From a virus (taxonomy: Duplodnaviria; Heunggongvirae; Uroviricota; Caudoviricetes): a stretch of 30,728 bases of DNA. Positions 16,880 to 26,756 of the stretch are shown piece after piece; position 1 is the stretch's first letter, and each line of letters starts with the position of its first letter. The notes beneath the pieces were generated by a model that ran no database searches, was not told the DNA's origin, and was given only the letters and a program-made list of their open reading frames with translations. The DNA is taken from the IMG/VR virus record IMGVR_UViG_2695420871_000006; one strand, written 5' to 3'. A program made the position numbers and the translations under genes.

Positions 16880-17295
16880 ATAAAGCCCTTCTGGTTGCGC
16901 CCGAACACCGCCGCATCAGACTGCACCTGCGGTAAATCCCCGGATTCAGGGGCCGCACCGTCTGTATCCACGCCGACCGGCACGTTACCGTTCATGACAT
17001 CTTTCAGCCAGGCCAGCGCCTCACGGTAACGGTCACGCGCCTGATCGGATGCCCGCTGATCGCACAGGTAATAAAAGGCAATCGTGCAGCAATGCTGAAC
17101 AAGGACCGCCGGAACCACCGCCAGCGGCAGCGTGTAACGGGCAGACAGGTAACTGTCGATAAGGGCAGACGCGTCCGTCAGTGCCCGGTTCAGCTTGCGC
17201 GTGTCCGGCTCATCCGAACGGGGCACGGCCAGTAATGGCCTGAGCAAATCCTCGCGGTAACGTGCCCGCATATCGGTTTCGGTGGCGTAATTCAT
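16876..17295 (-). CDS. Mu gp36-like head-tail joining protein
   Basis: Synteny; 139 aa; overlapping stop/start. Confidence 0.65.
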   Translation of the reverse strand: MNYATETDMRARYREDLLRPLLAVPRSDEPDTRKLNRALTDASALIDSYLSARYTLPLAVVPAVLVQHCCTIAFYYLCDQRASDQARDRYREALAWLKDVMNGNVPVGVDTDGAAPESGDLPQVQSDAAVFGRNQKGFI

Positions 17296-17645
17296 GCGCG
17301 AGCCTTTTTCGCCTGTCTGGCGTTATTGCCGGTCTTTTTCCGGGGAGCATCCTGTCCGGCTTCGGCTAAATCTGCACCGGTCTCTGCATGAACCACACCC
17401 GCCACGGCTCCCGCATCATCACCAGGCGTCTGTAGTATTCGTACAGTGAGGCATGGCTCCGCTTCCAGTCGGGCAAGCTGCTCCGGGGTGACGTCAACCT
17501 GCTGGCGTCCCCGCATGAACAGGAACCCCGCACGACGAAACTGCGCACGACTGCAACGCACTTCTGCCAGTACCGTGACAGGACTGTCACCACTGACCTG
17601 AAGGCCTGAATCATCTGTTGCTGCCACAGTGTGATGTTCATTCAT
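17292..17645 (-). CDS. Mu gp35-like small protein downstream of the major capsid gene
   Basis: ATG 17643-17645 with GGAGGA 5 nt upstream; 117 aa. Confidence 0.55.
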   Translation of the reverse strand: MNEHHTVAATDDSGLQVSGDSPVTVLAEVRCSRAQFRRAGFLFMRGRQQVDVTPEQLARLEAEPCLTVRILQTPGDDAGAVAGVVHAETGADLAEAGQDAPRKKTGNNARQAKKARA

Positions 17646-17688
17646 ATTTGTCCTCCGCAGGGGCCGGGCCGTAAGCCCGGCTCACCGT

Positions 17689-18636
17689 TTACAGATAATC
17701 CGCGACAACCAGCTCCAGCTTGCCCTTCATCTCGTTAGAGACGGTGGTGTTACCGTCCGCGAACAGCTCGCGCTCCAGCAGCTGCACCGCCTGTTTTTCC
17801 AGCGAGGTGGGGACAACAATATGGGTGGGTTTGATGCCGAGTTTGCGGCCACCGTCAGCCTTAAAGTCACGCATGGCTGACCAGCCGTGCCACAGCGCAT
17901 CCAGCGTCAGCGGTGACTGCATCATGTAGGCCATCTGCCAGAAGCCGTAGCCCACATTGCGACGGGCGGAAGCACCGAACACAAACTCGTTATCAGTAAA
18001 CGCACGGCCTTCATCGACTTTTGTCTGGGCAACCAGTTCGGCCTTGCGGCGATCCTGATAAATCAGCGGTTTTACCGCGCGGGAGCAGTCAAGCAGATAC
18101 CAGGCCGGGCCGCTGTAATCCGCCTGTGCACCGACAGAGCCGGTTTTTGCCACAAACATATTGCTGACCATCTGTGCATCACCGGAGCCATCCACTTTGG
18201 GGTAAACAGGGTGTTCGGTATCAAAGAAGTTCTGGCCGTCATAGCAGGCCGCATTCAGACCATCACGCAGTGCAGCAAAGACCAGTTCATCCGGTTGTGC
18301 CGCCGCAGCGCGCCCCATCTCCTGGAACAACGGGGAGTAGATGCCAAGATTGTCGTCTTCAAAGTCATCGCGGCTAATAGCAACGGTGCCTTCAAAGGTT
18401 TTGTTCACGATGGCGTAGCCATAGGCTTTCATCTTCTCGATGACGCGGGAGCCGATCCACTCACGGAACTGCGGGAACTGCCCCAGCCAGCCGTAGGTGT
18501 TGGATTTCGACGTGGACGGTACGGTCATCGCAATTTTCTGGTACTGAGACGGAGCCATGGACATCCCGGCCTGAAAATCAGAACGGTAGCCCGTCATCAG
18601 GGCGGTGATCATCGCCGGTGTAATCGGGGTAGGCAT
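17689..18636 (-). CDS. Major capsid protein (Mu T-like)
   Basis: 315 aa immediately after the protease/scaffold gene; a GC hairpin (17663-17681) follows its stop. Confidence 0.85.
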   Translation of the reverse strand: MPTPITPAMITALMTGYRSDFQAGMSMAPSQYQKIAMTVPSTSKSNTYGWLGQFPQFREWIGSRVIEKMKAYGYAIVNKTFEGTVAISRDDFEDDNLGIYSPLFQEMGRAAAAQPDELVFAALRDGLNAACYDGQNFFDTEHPVYPKVDGSGDAQMVSNMFVAKTGSVGAQADYSGPAWYLLDCSRAVKPLIYQDRRKAELVAQTKVDEGRAFTDNEFVFGASARRNVGYGFWQMAYMMQSPLTLDALWHGWSAMRDFKADGGRKLGIKPTHIVVPTSLEKQAVQLLERELFADGNTTVSNEMKGKLELVVADYL

Positions 18637-19760
18637 TATTGCATTTCCTCTTTCATTTTCAGGAACTCGGCTTCGGTTTTACCCAGCAGATGGGCGGCGG
18701 CGATATCTTCAGCCGACAGCGCAGCGGTGGCGGTCTTTTTATCCGGCACGGTTACGGTGTCGGTCTGAAGAGTGGTCAGAGCCGCAACCGGCTGGCGGGC
18801 GTCAAGCTGTGCAGAAAGTGCCGCAACACCAATCTGTTGTCCGAGTCCTTCCATGTATCCGCGTTCGCTTTTGAAAATGCGTCCTTCGGACTCGGCCTTA
18901 TCCAGCAACTGCTCCAGCGTGGTGCTGCCGTGTTGTGCCGACAACGCGACATATTCGGTACGCAGGGCGTTATACGTCTCAACGGGCACGTATTTCGTCA
19001 GATCAATAGTGCCGCCAGTTGGTGTGCCTTTTGCGGTTTCCAGCTCTGCCGACAGGCTGGCAACCTGCGTTTTCAGGGTGTCGTGCGCATCCGCACGGGT
19101 TTTGATCCCGGTAAGGGCAGACAGCGCCGCCGTGCCCAGTTCCGGTGTAAATTCGTCACCGTCGGCCACGGTCAGACCGAGCGCCGTCAGCAACTGGCGT
19201 AATTGCTCATTCATGGAGGTGTCCTTTAAAGGAGGGTTTAAGGCGTTATAAAGGTCATCCGCCGACAGTGCGGCGACAGGATTCATGCCAGTCAGACCGG
19301 GGTCACCGGTAATAGCCAGCATCCGAAGCTCAACAGGTTCACCGGTGATTTCGTCATAACCAATCACCGGGGAAAACCAGGGAAATTCGTTATTGCGCAG
19401 GTGTTCAATGGCCGGAGGGTTCCAGTCCGGACGCACTTCAAAACCCCGCTCTTCACTGAAGCGGAAGTTTTCCGGTGAGGCCATGACAAAGCCGGCAGCC
19501 GGTGCCGGATGCCCCTTAATCAGGGTCTGGTGGTTGTAGTCAATTTTTACCGGCTGATTGAGCGCCACAACCCGGGATACCATGCGCTCAACGGCCGCAT
19601 GGTTAATCAGCCAGCCTTCCGCCGGTTTTTCCGGGCGACCGTCACGGGCCTTTACCCGACCGGCTGGCATGATCTGACACCAGTCACCGTCCCCGTCTGC
19701 GGACAGGCTGATGGCATTCAGAATGGCATAAGCAAGTTTGGGCGTGTTTTTCGTCTTCAT
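18636..19760 (-). CDS. Head maturation protease / scaffold (Mu I-like, with nested scaffold C-terminal part)
   Basis: 374 aa; Ala/Leu-rich helical C-terminal half; synteny. Confidence 0.8.
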   Translation of the reverse strand: MKTKNTPKLAYAILNAISLSADGDGDWCQIMPAGRVKARDGRPEKPAEGWLINHAAVERMVSRVVALNQPVKIDYNHQTLIKGHPAPAAGFVMASPENFRFSEERGFEVRPDWNPPAIEHLRNNEFPWFSPVIGYDEITGEPVELRMLAITGDPGLTGMNPVAALSADDLYNALNPPLKDTSMNEQLRQLLTALGLTVADGDEFTPELGTAALSALTGIKTRADAHDTLKTQVASLSAELETAKGTPTGGTIDLTKYVPVETYNALRTEYVALSAQHGSTTLEQLLDKAESEGRIFKSERGYMEGLGQQIGVAALSAQLDARQPVAALTTLQTDTVTVPDKKTATAALSAEDIAAAHLLGKTEAEFLKMKEEMQ

Positions 19761-19937
19761 TCCGGCAGCATAAGCCGGTGTTTTTCGGGGCCGGTTTTGC
19801 GGGACTTCAGAAAGTGCTGACAGGGGAAAAATGAGAAAGGCGCTTCACGCAGATTTTAAAGCCCGTTAAATACAGGTTAGAAAATCACGACACGCGCCTG
19901 AAGAGGGTAAGGCAATGCGTTTGTATACCTTAAACCA
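19761..19937 (-). promoter_or_regulatory. 177-bp non-coding gap upstream of gene I; candidate activator-dependent late promoter (PI equivalent)
   Basis: The only sizeable gap in the head operon and no ORF in any minus frame. Mu has a late promoter upstream of I. Confidence 0.3.
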
Positions 19938-20411
19938 TTACGGCGTTTCTGTGGCCTTTTTAAAGCGTTTTCTGATTTCGTCCATGATCTCCTGTTCTGC
20001 CACCTGATCAAAGCCCATATACGGACGTGCGCCAATGGCCGCCGGTCCCGGTGGCATACCAGGCAGGCCACCCCACTGATGAATGGCCGCATAAGGTTCA
20101 TTTGATCCAATCAGCGCCCAGGTATCGCCATAATCCGTGGTCAGGCGGCGGGCCAGATCGCCGTTCAGTGTCAGGATTTTGCCGGGCGTGTATCCCTTAC
20201 GGGTACGCCACTTGCGGTAAGGATCTGACCAGTCATGCCAGCGTTCGCCGTCCGGCTCTTTTTCCTGTTCAAACGCCATTTCTGACGATGACAGAAGACT
20301 CTCCGCCACACTGCGGGCCAGGTCTTTTCCGCCGCCCACAAACTGAAGCCGGGCAAACACCCGCTGGAGACGCGTAACGTCAACAACGACAGCGGCATCA
20401 ATGGATGACAT
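19938..20411 (-). CDS. Virion morphogenesis protein (Mu G-like)
   Basis: 157 aa; GGAGG upstream of ATG; synteny. Confidence 0.8.
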   Translation of the reverse strand: MSSIDAAVVVDVTRLQRVFARLQFVGGGKDLARSVAESLLSSSEMAFEQEKEPDGERWHDWSDPYRKWRTRKGYTPGKILTLNGDLARRLTTDYGDTWALIGSNEPYAAIHQWGGLPGMPPGPAAIGARPYMGFDQVAEQEIMDEIRKRFKKATETP

Positions 20412-20532
20412 ATTGCCTCCGCATAAAGGATGAATATAAAATAAACAGGCGGTCAGTGTACGCTTAACTGGTAAAGTCGGTGCCTGCCTCCGGGTGGATC
20501 ATGTATGCGGGTTCGACCCCCGCCACTGACCG

Positions 20533-21864
20533 TTAATCAATTTGTCCTTCCAGCACCTCAAGCATTCCGCCCCGGATATCCGATTTCAGCTTATCCATAT
20601 TGATAACCCGGTAAGCATTCACAATCACATCCAGTTTGTCGGGCTGACGTTTCAGACTGTACGGTGCATTAACGGCAATCTGCACACTGCCATCCTTATT
20701 TTCCACGATATACATCAGATTTTTGTGCCGTTTGTCCCACAGCACCGCTTTTGGCTTTGCCAGCATTGCCGGTAAGCGCCCGAAGTCCTCTGGCATCAGG
20801 GCGATGCCGTCATTCTGATGTTTCACACTGTCTGCATGGAGCACATTTTTACCGCTCATCGCCAGCAGGCGGGCCGGTGGCGTTCCCGTCCGGCTTTCCA
20901 CTGCCTGCGCAATGCTTTCAGTCATAAAGCCCAGCGTGCGGATATCGTTACCACCTCGCCGGGTCTGCATGATGTTTTTTGCCCAGATGCGGAACGCCAG
21001 CTGCCGCTCCGGGCTGTTGTTCATCTCCTGAACCACCATTTCCCGTAACGCCGGGCTTTTCACCTCGATCAGTTTGCGGATCAGCGCCTGGTCTGTGCCG
21101 AACGCTGCCGAGCCGGGGTTATATGACCAGCCCACATCCGGTGTCATGGTTCTGGTGCCATCTGAATATGTGGTCACCGGCATTTCTCTGACTTCTCCGG
21201 TCTGTTTATCCACGCCAGCCTCAACATTGCGGGTGGAGAGATGATCCTCACCGGATGAAACGGATAACCCCATTGCATCCAGACGAGCCTGAGACAATGG
21301 CCGCACACGGCAGCGGCAGTTCCAGCCATTAGGTGGGTAGTGTGTTTTCCAGAACGGATCGTCATAGCGGAATACCAGACCGTTAAGGGCGGAATGCGAC
21401 GGGCGGGTACGGCTGTCCATGACCGCCACATACTGCCAGAACGGATGCGTGTCCGTGTTGTTCATCATCTGCGTGTAACGCCCGGCATTGTAAGCCACCC
21501 GGGTGTTCACGTTGTAAATCAGCGCCAGACGACGGGGACTGCCCAGTTGCACTTCTTCCGCGTTACCGTCGCTGTCCACCACAATCTGCTTTCCCCACCA
21601 TCCCAGCTTTTGCAGGCGTGGCGTCAGCGTGCGGATAAATGCTTTCTGTGAAATTCCCTCATCAATGGCCCGCTGCACTTCGGCCTGTAACGTGGTCACT
21701 ACATCCAGGCGTGCCGCTTTTGCTGCCGTGAATGAGCGGGCATGAACATCCGCGGCTGTTTCGAACCAGTTCCAGCTGATATGCGCCCCTTTGGCGCGGA
21801 AGTATGCCACCGTCTCTTTTGAGGGAAGCGTGGCGGCATAACCTAAATCAATCTCCTGAGCCAT
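20533..21864 (-). CDS. Head morphogenesis protein (Mu F-like)
   Basis: 443 aa downstream of the portal. Confidence 0.8.
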   Translation of the reverse strand: MAQEIDLGYAATLPSKETVAYFRAKGAHISWNWFETAADVHARSFTAAKAARLDVVTTLQAEVQRAIDEGISQKAFIRTLTPRLQKLGWWGKQIVVDSDGNAEEVQLGSPRRLALIYNVNTRVAYNAGRYTQMMNNTDTHPFWQYVAVMDSRTRPSHSALNGLVFRYDDPFWKTHYPPNGWNCRCRVRPLSQARLDAMGLSVSSGEDHLSTRNVEAGVDKQTGEVREMPVTTYSDGTRTMTPDVGWSYNPGSAAFGTDQALIRKLIEVKSPALREMVVQEMNNSPERQLAFRIWAKNIMQTRRGGNDIRTLGFMTESIAQAVESRTGTPPARLLAMSGKNVLHADSVKHQNDGIALMPEDFGRLPAMLAKPKAVLWDKRHKNLMYIVENKDGSVQIAVNAPYSLKRQPDKLDVIVNAYRVINMDKLKSDIRGGMLEVLEGQID

Positions 21865-23437
21865 CCAGCATCCCCTTCATTTCCGCAGCAAACATGGCAT
21901 CACTGAGCAGCGTCATCAGGCGGGAATCATCCATTTCACGATAAAGGGCAGGCAGGTCTGCCAGCGCATCCGCCAGCCCCCGCGTTCTGATGGCATCAAT
22001 GACCGGCTCCAGTACCGGGTCGATGGCCTCCTGTAAGCGGCGGGCAGGCACCGCGTCCCCCATATCATCCAGTTCATCACGCGGCGTGCTTTTCGCTTCC
22101 GGCAGTCTGGCTGACAGCGCCGTCTGCTCTGTTTTTTCCTGTTTTTCCGGTGGTGTTTCCCTGTCGGTCTGAGCCGGTTCATTGCCACTCTGACGGACAC
22201 GGAATATGGCTTCACCGGGCGTGGGCTGCGGAATACCGGTCTGCTCACGTATCCAGGGATCAGAAATATCCATCCCCGTACTGAGCTGCATCACCGCACT
22301 GGTGATTTTGGTGATATCACCTGGTTCTTTTGTCTGGAAGCAGATACGTGGCAGACGGCGGATATCAATAGTGTGCGTGGTGTTCAGGGCGTACAGCGGA
22401 TACACCAGATCGCGGTTCAGGGTTGCAGCCAGCTGTCGTAAATCAGAATCCCTGATTTCCCGGCGCACCTCGTTATGTACCTCACCCAGTGAGCGCGCGC
22501 CTTTGTCTCCGGCTTCCGTGGTCAGCGTGCCGCCGAGTATTGCTTTGGAGATGGAACGCTCCCCCCACGAAATCATGGTTTCAAACGGATCGGCCTGACC
22601 GTTCGCTGCCGCCTGAAACTCCAGCGACATCCCGGCCGGGATGATCCCGCCTGTACGTCGCCCGATATCCATCACCGCCCGCATCAGGGCACTTTTCTGC
22701 TCCGGTGTTGCCCCGGACGGGTATTTCCCGACCTTCATCGGCAGGCCGTACACCTCCAGAAATTCCGCCAGATCGCGCACGGAATAGTTTTTGAAAATGA
22801 ACGGCCAGATAAGCGTCCGGACAAGCCCGGTTGCACCACCGTAACCGGTGCGTGAACGCGACTGATGCACTATCCAGCCAAAGGGCTGAAACGCCACCCC
22901 GGAATGGCTGCCGTCACGCAGCCGCAGTTCGCTCAAATCATCCGGGTTAAGGCAGAAATGCCCGCTGTCACGCCAGCGGATGGCGCGGATGATGTGCATT
23001 TTACCGAGCATCCCGTGCTCAATTTCCATGCAGGAATAGCCCTTCAGGATGGCATCCGTGGCGTCAAACAGCATGGCATCAAACCAGTCTGCGGAATGCA
23101 GATATTCGTCGAGCATTTCCGCGTCCTTTTTCTCATTCGCGCTGGCGTTCGGTGGCGGCTCAATACTCCATGGCACCCCCTGAATGGCAAGACGTCGCTT
23201 GCCCAGCTCCGCAAAAAGGTGGGTGTCCTTTTCTTCAATATCAGCGGCCAGATCGGACTGGGCAATCAGATCGCCACGTTCAGCCCCGCGAAGGCACTGC
23301 GCCGCCCGGTTCGGGGTGATACCCGAAGCCGGATGTTCAATATAACGGCTGGCAATCTGCGGAATATCCAGCGCGGCACTCTGCATCTCCGGGTCAAAGG
23401 AGAAAGGTTTTCCGTCAGTATCAATGATGCGTCCCAC
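21848..23437 (-). CDS. Portal protein (Mu gp29/H-like)
   Basis: 529 aa immediately downstream of the large terminase. Confidence 0.8.
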   Translation of the reverse strand: MGRIIDTDGKPFSFDPEMQSAALDIPQIASRYIEHPASGITPNRAAQCLRGAERGDLIAQSDLAADIEEKDTHLFAELGKRRLAIQGVPWSIEPPPNASANEKKDAEMLDEYLHSADWFDAMLFDATDAILKGYSCMEIEHGMLGKMHIIRAIRWRDSGHFCLNPDDLSELRLRDGSHSGVAFQPFGWIVHQSRSRTGYGGATGLVRTLIWPFIFKNYSVRDLAEFLEVYGLPMKVGKYPSGATPEQKSALMRAVMDIGRRTGGIIPAGMSLEFQAAANGQADPFETMISWGERSISKAILGGTLTTEAGDKGARSLGEVHNEVRREIRDSDLRQLAATLNRDLVYPLYALNTTHTIDIRRLPRICFQTKEPGDITKITSAVMQLSTGMDISDPWIREQTGIPQPTPGEAIFRVRQSGNEPAQTDRETPPEKQEKTEQTALSARLPEAKSTPRDELDDMGDAVPARRLQEAIDPVLEPVIDAIRTRGLADALADLPALYREMDDSRLMTLLSDAMFAAEMKGMLDGSGD

Positions 23438-25101
23438 TACCAGCCCCCCCGATCAAATTCATGATATGCCTCATCGTCATCACGATAACCGCCCTCCATT
23501 GCCCGCGACCGCTCCGGTAGCGCCTGACAGGCTGATTCATCCAGGATGAAGCCCTCCATGTATGACGCCCGGTTTGCCATACAGAGCGCCACGGCAAAAT
23601 CACCATGGCGGCGGGCGTTCGCAGCCGTTGCGTTCTGGTCCTTCGTGCGCCCCTTGTCGATTTGCGGGATACCATTCACTACCTTCACATGGCGCAAATC
23701 ATCAAGCGTGGTCTGATGGCGGGCGACGAGGATATTCTGATCTTCAAACTCGGCTTTCAGTTTTGGCATCCACTCGCCGTACCACTTCGGCGACAACATC
23801 ACGCAGTCGATGATGTCCGGGCCAAAGGCCAGCAGTGCGGCCTCTGCCAGATAGCCGCCGTTACCGGTGGCGTCGAACGCCGCACCGACCAGCGCCGGAA
23901 CGCGGGTCAGGATGTACATCATCACCTGTTCCTGCTGGGCATACGGCAGGTTGCGCAGCTCCACGCGAAACACCTCGCGCTTTGCCAGGGATTCGGTGAT
24001 TTCCAGCAGCACAAAGCAGGACAGGTCACCGGTGCGGGCAAAGTCTTCCCCGAAGCTGAAGCGGGAACGGGGATTTAATTTCTCTAAAAGCGGTTTTAAA
24101 TGTTCTTCACACCAGGTTAAAACTTCCGATTCACGCAGCCATGCGGCACGGCTGATGAAGTTGTCCGGGGCTTCAAACGTCAGAATCGGGATGTCGCGGA
24201 TCATCGCCATTTCAATAAGCGCGTGGGGGATATAGGCACCGCCGGATTTTTTCGGGATACAGCCGTATTCCTCGTCGGCATCCTCACGGGTCGGGGCGTT
24301 TTTGTAGAGATCATCACGCCATTTCTGCTCGCTTTCCGGTGACCATTCCTGATCGGTGACGTAACAGATACGACGGTACAGCCCGTCCGCAATGGCATCA
24401 TCCAGGGTTATGCGGTGGACGCTGTAATCCTTGCGCCCCTCGCGGGCTTCCTGAATGTACTGATTAAACAGATTATCGACGCCGTTATGCGTGGAGATAA
24501 TACGCACGCGCGCGCCCCACATAGTGAGCGCCATTGCCGCCTTGAGAAGTTCATCCAGCGACTCGTGGAACGCGGCTTCATCAATCACCACATCCCCCTG
24601 AAGGCCGCGCAGGTTTGACGGACGGGAAGACAATGCCTGAATTTTGAATCCACTGTTCGGAAAGCGGATCATGTAGGTCAAAATTTCTTCTTTTTTATCC
24701 CGATCCCAGAATGTCTGCTCATACACATCAGCATCTGCCAGCTGGTTAAAGGCACGGGAGAACAGCGCGCAGGCAGAAATATATTCCAGCGCCATCTCCT
24801 GTTTTGACCCCACATAAAACACATTGCGGCCACCACGCCGCTTCGGTTTTGCAGCGGTAATGACGTTACGCCCGGCTTCCGCCCAGGTAAGCCCGGTGCG
24901 GCGGGATTTTTCCGCGATGCAGACCTGACTTTCATCCGCAAACCAGCGGGCCTGATAATCCAGAAACACCGGCATATCACCGGGCAAATCAAGGCTGTCC
25001 GGCACATCCACGCCCAGCAGGGCTTTTTCACCGGACAGATCAATTTTGCGGGGAGGCGTCATTTGTATCAGTGAAGGAGACTTTTCTTTGGCTTTGTTCA
25101 T
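23437..25101 (-). CDS. Terminase large subunit (Mu gp28-like)
   Basis: 554 aa; synteny; ATGA overlap with the upstream small gene. Confidence 0.85.
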   Translation of the reverse strand: MNKAKEKSPSLIQMTPPRKIDLSGEKALLGVDVPDSLDLPGDMPVFLDYQARWFADESQVCIAEKSRRTGLTWAEAGRNVITAAKPKRRGGRNVFYVGSKQEMALEYISACALFSRAFNQLADADVYEQTFWDRDKKEEILTYMIRFPNSGFKIQALSSRPSNLRGLQGDVVIDEAAFHESLDELLKAAMALTMWGARVRIISTHNGVDNLFNQYIQEAREGRKDYSVHRITLDDAIADGLYRRICYVTDQEWSPESEQKWRDDLYKNAPTREDADEEYGCIPKKSGGAYIPHALIEMAMIRDIPILTFEAPDNFISRAAWLRESEVLTWCEEHLKPLLEKLNPRSRFSFGEDFARTGDLSCFVLLEITESLAKREVFRVELRNLPYAQQEQVMMYILTRVPALVGAAFDATGNGGYLAEAALLAFGPDIIDCVMLSPKWYGEWMPKLKAEFEDQNILVARHQTTLDDLRHVKVVNGIPQIDKGRTKDQNATAANARRHGDFAVALCMANRASYMEGFILDESACQALPERSRAMEGGYRDDDEAYHEFDRGGW

Positions 25102-25349
25102 CAGGCTTTACCTGTCAGAATGCTTTTGATTCGGGACTCAAGCTCTTCAGTCATCACGTCCACGCCGCTCAACTCATCAGTGGCAGCCTCTGCCAGCAGC
25201 GAATGCAGTTGTTCCAGGGATATTTCCCCGGCAATGCTGAGTTCAGTCAACTCACGACACGCTTTTATGGTTTCAGGAGGTAACTGTGTTGCAAGACTGA
25301 ATGCCTTCAGATGAGCACTACTCATCAGTGAGCGGTTATCTGTTGCCAT
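25101..25349 (-). CDS. Small protein (82 aa) whose C-terminus is paralogous to the C-terminus of the preceding gp27-like protein
   Basis: AAGAGGTGA SD plus ATG. C-terminus ...TDELSGVDVMTEELESRIKSILTGKA versus gp27-like ...TDELRGVDGMSEQIEFRIRQMLLGKA. Confidence 0.6.
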   Translation of the reverse strand: MATDNRSLMSSAHLKAFSLATQLPPETIKACRELTELSIAGEISLEQLHSLLAEAATDELSGVDVMTEELESRIKSILTGKA

Positions 25350-25359
25350 GATTCACCTC

Positions 25360-25941
25360 TTATGCCTTACCCAGCAGCATCTGCCTGATACGGAATTCGA
25401 TCTGCTCGCTCATGCCATCCACGCCGCGTAACTCGTCGGTGACCGCGTTCGCCATCTCTTCAGCAAATGCGGCCCGGATTTCTTTTTCACGCTTAATACT
25501 GCGCTCGGCGGCACTTTCTGCACGCTGTGCCGACAGGAGGATGTCCTTGATGAGGCGCATATCCACATCGCTGTCGCTGTTCAGGGATTCGGTGGCGGCA
25601 CGCAGACGGCGGTACATCAGGGCACGGGACATCTCCAGAATCAGTGCCGTGGTTTCACCGGTCGGCTTATCCCCCAGTTCGGCCATCATGGCTTTTGTCT
25701 GCTCGCGTAAATCACGCAGATTACGGGCAATCAGCTCATTACGGGAGGCTTCCCGGCTGATGGCCGCCGGTGAAAGCTGCTGCTCTTCCGGCAGGCCTGC
25801 CTCACGGATCAGACGGTTGATTTCCTCGCGGATCTGGACCTGCGTCAGGCGTTTTTCACGCAGCATTTCCAGCAGCGGCTTACGGATGCTGTCGGGGAGC
25901 AAATCCACCTTGCGTACACGGCCACGCGTCGGCTTATCCAT
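25360..25941 (-). CDS. Mu gp27-like DNA-binding protein (putative small terminase subunit)
   Basis: 193 aa upstream of the large terminase; basic N-terminus. Confidence 0.7.
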   Translation of the reverse strand: MDKPTRGRVRKVDLLPDSIRKPLLEMLREKRLTQVQIREEINRLIREAGLPEEQQLSPAAISREASRNELIARNLRDLREQTKAMMAELGDKPTGETTALILEMSRALMYRRLRAATESLNSDSDVDMRLIKDILLSAQRAESAAERSIKREKEIRAAFAEEMANAVTDELRGVDGMSEQIEFRIRQMLLGKA

Positions 25942-25943
25942 CG

Positions 25944-26234
25944 TTACCCCCTTGCGCGTGGTTTCTTCACACCCGGAACAGTGGCACGACCTTCCGCCAC
26001 ATCCTGACCCCGGCCGGTCAGTTCAGCGATGAAATAACCGTTAACAAGCGTGCGCTTACGCACCAGTCCCTGCTCAGCAAGCCAGGCAATGTGGGTGTGA
26101 ACGGTGTCGCGGGACACGCGGTGGCCGTAATCATCCAGGCAGTCCTGAAGCACGGATTCGCCCAGTTCGCCGTTGTAATCCGCCAGCGACCGCAGAATGA
26201 CAAGACGCTGATCTTCAGTAATGAAATCACTCAT
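25944..26234 (-). CDS. Mu gp26-like small protein (putative winged-helix)
   Basis: 96 aa; AAGGAAAAAA SD; synteny. Confidence 0.55.
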   Translation of the reverse strand: MSDFITEDQRLVILRSLADYNGELGESVLQDCLDDYGHRVSRDTVHTHIAWLAEQGLVRKRTLVNGYFIAELTGRGQDVAEGRATVPGVKKPRARG

Positions 26235-26538
26235 TGTGTTTTTTCCTTACAGCCTGCTCCAGCAGCAGTTCGTTCTGGTGGGAGACGGATTTCAGGGTGG
26301 CATTGGTGGCCTTAAGCTCACCGCGCAGGGTGGTGATTTCGATATTGAGTCTGTTCACCTCCTGCTGCGTGGGCAGGCCGGAAATCCGGCTCTCCACCCG
26401 CTCAACCCGGTCGGAGAGTTTTTCAAAGGCCTCGCGGGGGACAAAGGTTTTGCGCATCAGCGCCATAAAGATCCCCCCGGCCGTGGCTGTTGCCGACAGG
26501 ATCGGCACGACATAATCTTTAACGATGCTGACCCACAT
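26227..26538 (-). CDS. Mu gp25-like membrane protein (N-terminal TM helix plus coiled coil); possible lysis regulator
   Basis: TM segment VVPILSATATAGGIFMALM; position in the lysis/packaging junction. Confidence 0.6.
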   Translation of the reverse strand: MWVSIVKDYVVPILSATATAGGIFMALMRKTFVPREAFEKLSDRVERVESRISGLPTQQEVNRLNIEITTLRGELKATNATLKSVSHQNELLLEQAVRKKHNE

Positions 26539-26746
26539 GACCGGCCTCCATGATGCTCTGGCAGTTCACACAACGGATGGCATCCGGCACGGCAACCAGA
26601 CGGGCGGCCGGAATGTCACCCCCGCAGTCTGCGCATACACGCCTGCCCGGAGTCTCCTCCACCCGGCACTTACGTGTCAGCCGGTCACAAAGGGCGCGTT
26701 CTGTTGCCCGCTCCACGACTGCCTGAGCACAATCTGAATCATCCAT
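26519..26746 (-). CDS. TraR/DksA-family C4 zinc-finger protein (75 aa from ATG 26744-26746)
   Basis: CADC-x17-CVNC spacing is typical of the DksA/TraR zinc finger. AAGGAAAAAGG SD before the internal ATG. Confidence 0.7.
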   Translation of the reverse strand: MDDSDCAQAVVERATERALCDRLTRKCRVEETPGRRVCADCGGDIPAARLVAVPDAIRCVNCQSIMEAGHVGQHR

Positions 26747-26756
26747 ACCTTTTTCC

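Noticed and set aside
17366-17641. 91-aa ORF overlapping the gp35-like gene in another frame
   Set aside because: Arg/Trp/Ser-rich product with no SD; the alternative frame (17292-17645) has a proper SD and ATG.
19761-19937. G-I junction examined as a possible anti-defence cargo site (by analogy with acr loci of Mu-like Pseudomonas phages)
   Set aside because: Only 177 bp with no ORF longer than a few codons in any minus frame; treated as a promoter region instead.
19877-20110. 77-aa minus-strand ORF overlapping the 3' end of gene G
   Set aside because: Out of frame with, and mostly inside, the well-supported G gene; no SD.
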